Assembly: GCA_038874135.1 (NCBI GenBank)
Contig: JAVZCZ010000001.1
Coordinates: forward strand, 383,097-447,096
Origin: Candidatus Woesearchaeota archaeon
GTDB taxonomy: Archaea; Nanobdellota; Nanobdellia; Woesearchaeales; 0-14-0-80-44-23
DNA length: 64,000 nt
Direction of reading: 5' to 3'
Position 1 is the first letter of the stretch; each line of letters starts with the position of its first letter. The position numbers and the translations under genes were made by a program. The notes under the pieces were generated by a model. It ran no database searches, was not told the DNA's origin, and worked only from the letters and a program-made list of their open reading frames with translations. This document shows positions 28,439-37,404 of the stretch, piece after piece.

Positions 28439-29734
28439 TTAGAGGCGCATCATTATCTGCCCGCCCTTAAATATTCTGATCTGGCCTCCTGACTGGCTAA
28501 GTACCACTGCAATGCTTTTTGTGAGCTTTGTTATTGCTGCGCAGCTCCTATGTCTCGTTCCCAGCCCGCTGAGCGCGTCTGATATCTCCTTGTCTACATT
28601 TACATTTAGGTAGGTGCCTGCTGAAACTATCGTTCCATTCTTATCCACTATGAAGACTCCGTCCAGCTGTGCAAAGCTCTTAATAGTATCTCTAAGGGAT
28701 GGGTCTGTTATCTTCTTTTGCTCGTCAGGTAGAGATTGGAATGGGTTTATTATCATCTGCTTAGTATATTGGGCTATCTCATCCTTATCCCCTATAATGA
28801 AGGCAGTGCCTATCGGCTTTCCTTCAAAGCCCTCTCTACCTATATCCACTGCAATTCCTATTACTGCTTCCAGGATGTCAGGGCTGACTATATCAGTAAG
28901 ATGAGTCATGCTTATGTTGAAGAATATGTTGTCCACATCAAATATGAAGAGCATTCCCTTGTAGCCCAAGCCGATGCTCTCATTTTCTACACAGACCACC
29001 CTGTCGCCCTTCTTTATGTACTCACGCTTTATCGCCTCTGTTAGAAGCTCCTTTACAGGTATTATGGAGCCCTGCAGCATCTTTTTCATTTTTGTCCTAT
29101 AAGCCACTTTTTTGTATGAGTTGTTTCTTCCCTTCCTGAATATGACCACTTCAACATCTAAGCAGTTGTCTTCAATTCCTCCTGAGAGGTCCGGCTTTCT
29201 CTCAACTGAAACTATGCAGTTTGCCCCGACATCCTTTCCAATATTTGTTGCGGCCAGGCCTATTACTTCGTCTATGTTTTTTATCTTGTTGTTTATCAGG
29301 TCCTCGCTTACTGAAGATACGCCTATCTCGTACTGTTCTCCTCCTGAGGATCCAACTGTGGCTAAGCATTCTGCACTTGAGGTTTGAGCTGCGGTTTGTT
29401 GCTGAAGACCTTCTAAGCTAGCATCCTGTTTTTGTTGCGGCTCTGACTCTTGAGATTGTGCCTGTACCATCTCATTTTGAGTTGTTGAAAATTGTGCAGT
29501 TGTTCTTTTTTCCTGCTCTGTACTTGGAGAAAGGTACATTACTAGTTTTCTCTGATCATAAAGACGTTTTACAGCATCCACTGCCATTCCGAATATTGAG
29601 TTTTTGGTGTAAACAACAGGATCTGCCGAATCGCTCCTTTCAGAGGGCTGTTTTAAAAGTTTAAGCCCCTTAGGGATATTTGACTCTGCCTTTTTTAATT
29701 TCAGCATCTTTTCCCCCAATCTCGTTTTGTTCAA
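28439..29734 (-). CDS. dacZ: diadenylate cyclase (DacZ-like DAC domain) with long Q-rich N-terminal extension
   Basis: C-terminal DAC blocks GTAFIIGD, DGVFIVDKNGTIVSAG, GLGTRHRSCAAIT, with a Q/S/T-rich low-complexity N-terminus. The track start is a TTG at 29734; the first ATG is at 29707. Confidence 0.75.
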   Translation of the reverse strand: MNKTRLGEKMLKLKKAESNIPKGLKLLKQPSERSDSADPVVYTKNSIFGMAVDAVKRLYDQRKLVMYLSPSTEQEKRTTAQFSTTQNEMVQAQSQESEPQQKQDASLEGLQQQTAAQTSSAECLATVGSSGGEQYEIGVSSVSEDLINNKIKNIDEVIGLAATNIGKDVGANCIVSVERKPDLSGGIEDNCLDVEVVIFRKGRNNSYKKVAYRTKMKKMLQGSIIPVKELLTEAIKREYIKKGDRVVCVENESIGLGYKGMLFIFDVDNIFFNISMTHLTDIVSPDILEAVIGIAVDIGREGFEGKPIGTAFIIGDKDEIAQYTKQMIINPFQSLPDEQKKITDPSLRDTIKSFAQLDGVFIVDKNGTIVSAGTYLNVNVDKEISDALSGLGTRHRSCAAITKLTKSIAVVLSQSGGQIRIFKGGQIMMRL

Positions 29735-29760
29735 ATGTGAATTTTGTGAGCGTGAAAATG

Positions 29761-29817
29761 ATTTGGCTCCCTAATTGTGGGGTGGGGTGGAGCAAAGAAG
29801 CAGTTAGGGAGCCAAAT
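29761..29817 (-). terminator. 14-bp perfect inverted repeat hairpin between the 29834 ORF and the dacZ-like gene
   Basis: atttggctccctaa-(29 nt G-rich loop)-ttagggagccaaat. On the minus strand it follows the stop at 29834 and precedes cattttc. Confidence 0.4.
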
Positions 29818-29833
29818 TCAACATGCTTCAATG

Positions 29834-30247
29834 CTATTTTTCAGGCTTTATCTGGTGAGCAGGCCTGTCAACCTCTCTCAGCCACATCAGGCCTATGGAA
29901 ACCATCTCGTTGTTGAACCTTTTTGATATTCTGTATGTTTTCTTGTAAAGGTCGTAGTCTATCATTCCCATACTCTTCATTGGAGTAAGTATCCTATCGT
30001 AAAACTGTCTCTTGTTGTATGAGACCTTTACCTTTTTTCCTGCGAATGGGGGCTCTTTTATTGTAGTGATGAGCTGTCCCTCGTGGAGCTTTGTGGCGAA
30101 CATTGACATTTCTGTTTTGCCAATCTCGCCGCCGTTATCCTTCATGTATTCTATTATGAGTTTTGCCACGATTACCTGCTGCTTTGTGGCAAATATTATC
30201 TCATATATGTCTTCCGGAAGGTTGAACCTATCAAATAATATGACCAT
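29834..30247 (-). CDS. hypothetical protein (137 aa)
   Basis: Clean ORF with an AT-rich upstream region. No motif recognised. Confidence 0.45.
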   Translation of the reverse strand: MVILFDRFNLPEDIYEIIFATKQQVIVAKLIIEYMKDNGGEIGKTEMSMFATKLHEGQLITTIKEPPFAGKKVKVSYNKRQFYDRILTPMKSMGMIDYDLYKKTYRISKRFNNEMVSIGLMWLREVDRPAHQIKPEK

Positions 30248-30570
30248 AAAAGGATTAAAGCACTACTAATATATAAATATTACTATTTTGTATACTAATA
30301 GTGAAAATATTAAAAATTGGGCTTGTTGCTAACTAGCCAAAGAAATTTAAAAGCTCAGTTGGAAAAATCCTCACACTCTAAAACCTCAATTGAGAAGTCC
30401 TCACTCCCATCAGAAGAAACATACTTAGAAAAATATGCGCAACTTGCCCTCTTTAAACACGAGCTGCATAAAGAAGAGCTTGCTTGCTTGGATTTCATCA
30501 AAATTAAATTATGGCTGTCGTTTAAATATTTTTTGATTTTTGAAAAAAGTAGAAAAAAGCGAAGTAAGAG

Positions 30571-30644
30571 TGGGCCCGCGGAGATTTGAACTCCGGACCA
30601 CTCGATTATCAGTCGAGCACTCCACCAGGCTGAGCTACGGGCCC
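30571..30644 (-). tRNA. tRNA-Ile (anticodon GAT)
   Basis: The reverse complement is GGGCCCGTAGCTCAGCCTGG...CTCGA-CTGATAA-TCGAG...CGGAG-TTCAAAT-CTCCG-CGGGCCC-A. Confidence 0.9.
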
Positions 30645-30647
30645 GGA

Positions 30648-30719
30648 TGCGTCGGCCGGGATTCGAACCCGGATAGGCGGCTTGGAAGGCCGCAATCATA
30701 GCCGTTAGATCACCGACGC
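30648..30719 (-). tRNA. tRNA-Gly (anticodon TCC)
   Basis: The reverse complement is GCGTCGG...GCGGC-CTTCCAA-GCCGC...CCGGG-TTCGAAT-CCCGG-CCGACGC-A. It lies 3 nt upstream of tRNA-Ile. Confidence 0.9.
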
Positions 30720-30745
30720 GTTTTCATTCTGAAATTTGGCAGGCG

Positions 30746-30754
30746 TATTTAAAT
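30746..30754 (-). promoter_or_regulatory. TATA-box candidate for the tRNA-Gly/tRNA-Ile unit
   Basis: tatttaaat lies about 27-35 nt upstream of the tRNA-Gly 5' end on the minus strand. Confidence 0.45.
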
Positions 30755-30777
30755 CTTACGCGGAATAGTCAGAGATT

Positions 30778-32985
30778 CTAACCCATCGTTATTCCTGAGG
30801 TTGAAACCTGCATTATCTTTGAAGCCACCAGGTTAAAGATTATTATTACTGCAAGGGACAAAAGGGTGTAAAGTATGACGCTCTTAGGCATCTCAGTGCC
30901 CAAAGCGTATCTTTCTCCTAAAGAATCAGCCCCCCTTTCAATGCCGTTAGATATGACTATGAGTATGTAGGTAACTTCAACAAGGTAGATGCCAACAATG
31001 AGCTGAAAGTAGTATGGGGGAATTCCATCACCGAACATTCCTGACATAGCATTCATGCTTCCAAGTTCTCCACTTCCAGCCTGCTGCTCCCTAAGCGTTT
31101 GAGCAAGTCCTCCTAATATTGTCGTAATCATAGAAGTTATCCCAACAACAATGCCCGCTATTGCCGGAGTTAGGAAGGATATCTGAGACTTCATTGAGGA
31201 AAGGATATCTGCCAATAGGTCTTTCAAGCGCTCATCCACCCTGTGTATCTGCTTTATGTACTCTGCCACGTTCATCAAAGACTGGGAAACAACGAGAGGT
31301 CCTTTCTTAGCGCTTTCTATGAGCACCTTCATTGAACTCTCTATCATGTTAGAAGGATACTTCTTTATTGCCCCAACCCTGGGATCAAAGATTGCCTGGG
31401 CAACACCCATTCCGAGCTTTCTTATGTTTATGCTTACCAGCTCAAAGAAGTTTCCAGAAGGAGTGCCCTTCATTATCTCAGCAACCTTGCCGCAGGCGAG
31501 CTCTATTGGAAGGCCATCTCCAACCCTGTTTCCGAGCTGGAAGAGTGCAGAGGCGAACTCGTCCTCTAACTTTCTAGCGTTTTCCCTTATCTTTATCAGG
31601 TTCCTGGATCTAATTAGATAGTAAAGCCCGATTGAGAGTCCAAGTCCCAGCGGGATAAATAGGCTGAGTATTGTCGCTCCAATCCCATAAGGGCCAACTA
31701 TCGCATCCTTGTTCACAGCATTCTTATTAAGCGTCTGTCTGTATCCTAAGAAGGGAAGCCCGAACAGGTTAAAATCAAATTCCGGATTTAAGGCGTGTAT
31801 CACTAGCGGGCTTATGCCTATGAGCAGACATATTGAGAAAGTAAGCACAGCGACAAACAGCGGGCTTAGTACATATTCAATGTTTCCAACCTTCACTATC
31901 ACATTCTCATAGTATTTCATCTTAGGATTCTCAGCAGAGATGTCTACATCTCCATAGCCGGTAGGCCTTGTGGATAGTATGCTCTTGCCCAGGTAATAAA
32001 CTGCAAGCGGCAGGATGATGTTATAAAGAAGGGCGATGTGATACCACTTCACTCCTTCCATGAATGAAACCACAAGCGGCAATATGACAAGTCCCAGAAT
32101 TGGCAGTATAATCCCTAACATGTGCAGCATGGTAATTGGAGACTTAAGATTGTGAGCGTAGTGAAGCATCCTTTCATAAGTCTCATCTAATATCAAAGAG
32201 AGCGACCTGTCAAGTAGGTTTAAACGCCTATCCTCAGAACTCTCATAGAGGGAACTCTCAATAAGGTGGAATGCCTCTACAAATTCCATATTCCACTTCT
32301 TCCAGGTTTCAAAATACTCATCTAGAGACTCCTTTACAGAGGGATATTTTCCGCTTTCAACATTCCATAGAATCTTTTTTATGTCAATAGAAAGCGGGGG
32401 AGCGAGATGCTCTGAAGCGAAGTTAAGAGATAGTTCCAGATTTGAAGTATGCCTCATATAGGTTACAACATAAAAGACGCAAAGCACCATCTGATTACTA
32501 GCCCTCATCCTCCAGTTGTTAGCCAGCAGTTCAGGAATCTTTTGCAGGAAAAAGAATGCGCTTGCAGCTAAAACGAAGAAAAGAAGTAACAGAAACATTG
32601 AATTGAAAAGCAGCAGTCCAAATATTAAACCTGTTAAAAGTATAGCCACAGGGTATAAGATGGATGCACTTATGACTCCTGATGGAGTTATGTTGAGATG
32701 GCATATATTAATGTATTCGTTCAGCTCAGCTTCTGTCTTCTTGTCTGCGGATATGTGAATTGTTCGTTCAGCAAGCACGCAGAGCTTTTCAAAAAGGGTG
32801 TACTGAGCGGGCATGTTCTCCCGTTTAAACTCTGCATACTGCCTAGAAGTAAGCTTCTGAGCGGAAGCGTTATTTGCCTCATATGCTGAGTCCTGCCCGA
32901 ACTGGCTGCTGAGCTTTTTCTTGTACTTCTCCAAAAGCTCGTCCATCTGAGGATTTGCGCCTTCGCTGCCCGGATTAACAGCCAT
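30778..32985 (-). CDS. FlaJ/TadC-like (T2SS-F family) polytopic platform protein, paralog 1
   Basis: Multiple TM blocks separated by two helical cytoplasmic domains (e.g. FASEHLAPPLSIDIKKILWNVESGKYPSVKESL). It sits directly downstream of the FlaI-like ATPase and is clearly paralogous to the 49943 ORF. Confidence 0.6.
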   Translation of the reverse strand: MAVNPGSEGANPQMDELLEKYKKKLSSQFGQDSAYEANNASAQKLTSRQYAEFKRENMPAQYTLFEKLCVLAERTIHISADKKTEAELNEYINICHLNITPSGVISASILYPVAILLTGLIFGLLLFNSMFLLLLFFVLAASAFFFLQKIPELLANNWRMRASNQMVLCVFYVVTYMRHTSNLELSLNFASEHLAPPLSIDIKKILWNVESGKYPSVKESLDEYFETWKKWNMEFVEAFHLIESSLYESSEDRRLNLLDRSLSLILDETYERMLHYAHNLKSPITMLHMLGIILPILGLVILPLVVSFMEGVKWYHIALLYNIILPLAVYYLGKSILSTRPTGYGDVDISAENPKMKYYENVIVKVGNIEYVLSPLFVAVLTFSICLLIGISPLVIHALNPEFDFNLFGLPFLGYRQTLNKNAVNKDAIVGPYGIGATILSLFIPLGLGLSIGLYYLIRSRNLIKIRENARKLEDEFASALFQLGNRVGDGLPIELACGKVAEIMKGTPSGNFFELVSINIRKLGMGVAQAIFDPRVGAIKKYPSNMIESSMKVLIESAKKGPLVVSQSLMNVAEYIKQIHRVDERLKDLLADILSSMKSQISFLTPAIAGIVVGITSMITTILGGLAQTLREQQAGSGELGSMNAMSGMFGDGIPPYYFQLIVGIYLVEVTYILIVISNGIERGADSLGERYALGTEMPKSVILYTLLSLAVIIIFNLVASKIMQVSTSGITMG

Positions 32986-32990
32986 CTTGT

Positions 32991-35327
32991 CTACTCCCTC
33001 GCTAGCTGCTTTGCAAAATTGGTTTTTATGTAATGCTTAAGCCAGCTTTCCCACTTGACAATCACTCTTTTGCTGTCTATAGAGCCAACCTCATTTTTTA
33101 TCTCATCGCATATCCTGTGGAACTGGTCATTTGCAACAACAACATGCTGTGCCTCCATAAGCTCAGGAATCTTAAGCTTGTTTGCATACTGAACTATTAG
33201 CTCCTTAGTTTTTGCTCTCAGAAGGATGTTGTCCCAAACAGCATCCCAGTTGCCAGCCCACTCTTTCACATTTCCAGCTATCGCCTTGAGCACGTCAGAG
33301 TCGCCATTTATAAGGTCATCAGTTGGCTCCAGCTGGTCTGTCTTTGCCTGGTATTTCATAAGGTCAGAGAATCCGTTCTCAGAAAGAGGGTCGTCATTCC
33401 AGAACTTTCTAACTTCTGTAATCTGAGTAACGCGCCTCCACCTGTGCAGCTGGTCTGCACTCTTCAAGGGGTTGGCAACTATGATTATATCCGTAGCCTT
33501 AAAGCTGGTCTTTGGAACTTCCAAGTCGTTAACAACCCTGTCAAACACGCCGTACGGGCTGTCTCCATGTATTGTTCCGGCAACAACATTTGCAAGAGCG
33601 CCGACCCTCATAGCCTCATAAAGAGCCCTTGCCTCTGTGGAGCGGACCTCTCCTACAATCAGGCAAGAATCTCCAAGCCTAAGAGTTGTTCTTATACCCT
33701 CATCAGCAGCCACTTCTGAAGTGCCCTTAGTCATCGCACTGGCGACCTTCATTGACTGAATGTTGTAGCCAATCTGCTTTAAAGGCCTAACCGGAAGCTC
33801 CAGAGTGTCCTCTATTGTTATTATCCTAAGCTTCCTCATAATCTCAGTCATGACAGAGCCGAGCAGAGATGTCTTTCCAGCAGACCTAGTACCAGCCACA
33901 AGCATTGTTCTTGAGCCGTCTACCAAGAAGCTAATTAGTCCCGCTGCCAGCGGATTTATCATCCTGGTATTGATAAAGAGGGGAAGCGTCCAGGGCTTGT
34001 CCCTATGCCTCCTGAAAGCATAGGCCAATCCGCTCGGGTTTAACGGCTCGGATATTACTGCAACCCTGGCGTTTGCTCCTGGGAGAGTTATCTCAGTATC
34101 TAAGATGGGGTTTGCCTCATCCAGAGGCCTTCCCGACATCATTCTCAGCTTGGAAGCCCAAGATTCTGCTTCGCTTAGGGTTGGAATTATGTTAGTCATG
34201 CAGTCGTCAAAGTCCTGGTGCACTATGAAAACAGGACTCTGTCCCATGGGGCTGTTTATAGTTACATCCTGAATCTTATCATCCTGCAGCAGGACTTCAA
34301 TAAGTCCGAAGCCCACTGTGTAACGCACAAGTATATCTGTCAGTTCATCAATCTCTTTTGTTCTAAGCTTCATGCTCTGATATGCTGCCAGTTCTTCTAT
34401 AAGGTCGTGTCCTACATTGTAGAAGACGCGCCTCATACGCTCAGGATCCACAAATTCGGATTTACTGGGCTTGTGCTCTGCAATTATCTTCCTTGCAGCA
34501 TCCAACAAGTCGTACTTTTCTTCAGAGAGCTTAAATTCTGGAGGGGTCATATGGTATAATTTCTGAATTGAGTCGTTAAGCGCAAAAATTGTTATTTCAG
34601 TATTGTCTCCTACCATGTAGGTATCCAACTCCTCTGCATTCTGAGGGTAAGATGCCATGAGCTTAGTGAACATGAAATCTGGTTTTATGGTTGGAGAGAA
34701 TATCTTTCTATAAACATCCCTGTTACCGAGGATGTATCCAGAAAGGTATGGCTTTGCCAGTGCAACCAACTTAGTTTTTTCAAGGGAATCCTTAAGATAT
34801 GTTAAAAGGCCTATAAGCTTCTCTTCGCAGTTTATGCACTCTGTTGAGTTTGTCTTGTCCTGGTTTATTCGCTCCCTGCGAATCATCCTTGTGAGCTGAA
34901 CATACGCTCCTAAGGGATCGCTCTTTATAAGATTATAAACTATGTCGTGAAGCTCGTTGTACCAGCGCGTCACGCACTTGTTGCAGTTCGGATTAAATGA
35001 AGAGAGGTAGTGATAGCTTATCAGGTTCTTCTGCCGGACAATCTCATTGTAGATCTTTGCAATTTCTAGAAGCATCTCAACCTGGTTGTAGTCATATTCA
35101 AAATCCCTCTTCTGAGATAGAACTATTTTAGTTGCATCCGAGTTCTCAATTAGGCGCTCCACCATAGAAGCCATACAGAAGGCGTTGTCCTCAATTGAGG
35201 GGGGATAATTGCACTTTGAACAGTTTACTCTTAGAACATTATCCTCTCCTTCCCTCTGCATCTCAGAAGGACAATTGACACCTATCTTAGCTTCATCCAC
35301 TACCAATCCCTCTTTTTCCCATGGCAA
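32991..35327 (-). CDS. FlaI/PilB/VirB11-family type II/IV secretion ATPase with ~330-aa N-terminal extension
   Basis: Walker A VAGTRSAGKTSLLGS, Walker B/Asp box LIVGEVRSTEARALYEAMRVG, and His box AGTIHGDSP. The track start is a TTG, so the true start is uncertain. Confidence 0.85.
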   Translation of the reverse strand: MPWEKEGLVVDEAKIGVNCPSEMQREGEDNVLRVNCSKCNYPPSIEDNAFCMASMVERLIENSDATKIVLSQKRDFEYDYNQVEMLLEIAKIYNEIVRQKNLISYHYLSSFNPNCNKCVTRWYNELHDIVYNLIKSDPLGAYVQLTRMIRRERINQDKTNSTECINCEEKLIGLLTYLKDSLEKTKLVALAKPYLSGYILGNRDVYRKIFSPTIKPDFMFTKLMASYPQNAEELDTYMVGDNTEITIFALNDSIQKLYHMTPPEFKLSEEKYDLLDAARKIIAEHKPSKSEFVDPERMRRVFYNVGHDLIEELAAYQSMKLRTKEIDELTDILVRYTVGFGLIEVLLQDDKIQDVTINSPMGQSPVFIVHQDFDDCMTNIIPTLSEAESWASKLRMMSGRPLDEANPILDTEITLPGANARVAVISEPLNPSGLAYAFRRHRDKPWTLPLFINTRMINPLAAGLISFLVDGSRTMLVAGTRSAGKTSLLGSVMTEIMRKLRIITIEDTLELPVRPLKQIGYNIQSMKVASAMTKGTSEVAADEGIRTTLRLGDSCLIVGEVRSTEARALYEAMRVGALANVVAGTIHGDSPYGVFDRVVNDLEVPKTSFKATDIIIVANPLKSADQLHRWRRVTQITEVRKFWNDDPLSENGFSDLMKYQAKTDQLEPTDDLINGDSDVLKAIAGNVKEWAGNWDAVWDNILLRAKTKELIVQYANKLKIPELMEAQHVVVANDQFHRICDEIKNEVGSIDSKRVIVKWESWLKHYIKTNFAKQLARE

Positions 35328-35462
35328 AGTTTAATAATGCAGGACCCCAAAATCGCCGTAACAGGGGTTTAAAATTGATAGATTTATAAAACTGACATAT
35401 TTATAAATATTTGTATCATAAAAATCCTCAGCATATATTCATTAACAGCACAGGTGATAAAG

Positions 35463-35948
35463 ATGGTTGATGATGAACCAGATTTCTCAGCTATTATGAA
35501 TGGAAACTTTAATCCCGAATCCTCAGCCAATATTTCTCCTACATCTGGACCACAAGCGCAAAAAAAGATTGATGTGAATTTAGACATTTCAGCGCAGACC
35601 AGTAACCTGGAGAGAAGGCTCAGAATGCTGGAAGAAAGATATGGGCTGATGCAGAAGAGGGAGCAGATGGTTGAGCAGAACATGCTCTCTGCAAACAAGA
35701 AGATAAACACTGAAATAAAAGCCATAACTGAAGAAATCGCTGAAATCAGACAGGAAATCGCACAGATTAAAGAAAAGGTTGAAGTAATAATTCAGGAATT
35801 AAAGCAGAGCGCACGCAGGGAAGAAATAAAGGTCATAGAAAAATATCTTGAACTCTGGGATCCGAGCAGGTTTGCAACTCAGACGGATGTAGAAAACATA
35901 GTAAGAAGGATGCTCTCCAAAAACAGCGAAAGTTTTAAAAAAGAATAA
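35463..35948 (+). CDS. coiled-coil protein, hypothetical
   Basis: Divergent from the ATPase gene. Heptad-rich (EIAEIRQEIAQIKEKVEVIIQELKQ). Start set to the ATG at 35463; the track uses a GTG at 35454. Confidence 0.5.
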   Translation: MVDDEPDFSAIMNGNFNPESSANISPTSGPQAQKKIDVNLDISAQTSNLERRLRMLEERYGLMQKREQMVEQNMLSANKKINTEIKAITEEIAEIRQEIAQIKEKVEVIIQELKQSARREEIKVIEKYLELWDPSRFATQTDVENIVRRMLSKNSESFKKE

Positions 35949-35991
35949 ACTGTTTATAACCTGAGGAGTCTGGAAAAAAGAGGGATCTTAA

Positions 35992-36720
35992 GTGCCAATC
36001 TTGGGAAAAAAAGAAGAAAAGCCTGCAACTCAGAGTTCTCAACAGCAAGGCATCCCCGTGGATATAGTGCTCGGACTCAAAGCAAAAGGGCTCTCTAACA
36101 ATCAGATAATAGAGATTCTGCAAAGGGACGGCTATAAGACATATCAGATATTTGACGCCCTGAGCCAGGCAGAGCTTAAAAGCGCCTCTCCAGTATCGGC
36201 AGAGCCCCCAAAAAATCCAACTATAACACAAGCACCAACTTACACTGAAAATAACCCAATACCAGACTTTAATCCTGAAATAACAGGACAACAAAGTGCT
36301 AACGCGCAGGTATTCCCACAGCCGGAGCCGTTCCAACAGGCAGCTCCCCCAGAAGGCGGAGTTCCAGTAGTGGGAGAAGCGACTGACGCAATTACCGAGC
36401 AGATAGAAGAGATAGCAGAAGCAATAATTGATGAGAAGTGGAATGAGTTCATAGTTAATGTAAATAAGATAATTGCGTGGAAGGAAAAAACCGAAGCTAG
36501 AATGACAGCTCTGGAAAAGAGGATGGATGATTTAAAAGCCAGCGTGGACCAGCTGCAAAAAGCCATACTAGAAAAGGTAGGCGAGTATGACAAACACGTT
36601 ACTGAAGTTGGCGTTGAATTAAAGGCGATGGAAAAGGTTTTTCAGAAAGTACTTCCCACATTTACCTCTAACATCAACGAGCTCAGCCGTATTGCTTCTG
36701 AATTAAAAGAGAAGAAGTAG
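35992..36720 (+). CDS. P/Q-rich + coiled-coil protein, hypothetical
   Basis: GTG start preceded by GAGGAG/AGAGGGA. N-terminus MPILGKKEEKP, a P/Q-rich linker, and a long C-terminal coiled coil. Confidence 0.5.
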   Translation: MPILGKKEEKPATQSSQQQGIPVDIVLGLKAKGLSNNQIIEILQRDGYKTYQIFDALSQAELKSASPVSAEPPKNPTITQAPTYTENNPIPDFNPEITGQQSANAQVFPQPEPFQQAAPPEGGVPVVGEATDAITEQIEEIAEAIIDEKWNEFIVNVNKIIAWKEKTEARMTALEKRMDDLKASVDQLQKAILEKVGEYDKHVTEVGVELKAMEKVFQKVLPTFTSNINELSRIASELKEKK

Positions 36721-36724
36721 AATT

Positions 36725-37381
36725 TTATCTAAGATTAACTGGCCCATATATCGCGTGCTTCTTTCCAAGTTTTGCTGCCCGGTACGCGTCTCCATAGCTC
36801 CAGTGCCACCATTCTAAAGGGTAGTTCACGAAGCCCTCCGCCTGCATGCAATTCTTTAGAATCTGCCTGTTCTTGCGAGCAGTTTTACTTATTGCTCTTG
36901 AATCTAACGCGGATTTTGCTGTAAAGCTGTCCAATTCTGTGCCCATCTCAAGTTCTCTCCCTTTTGAATCTGCAAGAGTAACATCTACCGCTCCGCCCGT
37001 AGAGTGAAAGGTTATCTTGTCCGGATTTGCTATGTACATGTCAGTTATTCTAAGAAGTTTTTTCTCACTCCAATTCGGATGCTTCTTTCTCAGCTTTCTC
37101 AGAAGGTTATCATGCATCCTTCTCTGCGCTTCAATACTTCTGTAACCATCCAACACTACAAGCTTTATTCCTTCTGGAAGCATCTTGGCAACTCTACAAA
37201 GCTTTTTTGCAACACTAACCCGCACATAGCATTCGTCCCTCTTAAAGTTTTGAAGCATCCTACTCTCAGGATCTATCCTTATCAATATGTGTGGGCAGAC
37301 GCTCTTTAGAGCCACCAGCTTTTCACCATTATCTACAATCTTAATTCTGGCAAGTTTTTCATCAGGAATAAATCTTATCAC
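36725..37381 (-). CDS. D-alanyl-D-alanine dipeptidase-like protein (VanX/DdpX, peptidase M15D)
   Basis: LVVLDGYRS.EAQ, HSTGGAVDVTL, and YPLEWWHWSYGD blocks. GTG start. Confidence 0.75.
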   Translation of the reverse strand: MIRFIPDEKLARIKIVDNGEKLVALKSVCPHILIRIDPESRMLQNFKRDECYVRVSVAKKLCRVAKMLPEGIKLVVLDGYRSIEAQRRMHDNLLRKLRKKHPNWSEKKLLRITDMYIANPDKITFHSTGGAVDVTLADSKGRELEMGTELDSFTAKSALDSRAISKTARKNRQILKNCMQAEGFVNYPLEWWHWSYGDAYRAAKLGKKHAIYGPVNLR

Positions 37382-37404
37382 CGAATATCACCTTTAAAGA
37401 TAAT

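Noticed and set aside
29778-29795. G-quadruplex in the loop of the 29761-29817 hairpin (gtggggtggggtggag)
   Set aside because: There are only two G4 runs plus a GG, not four runs of at least three G.
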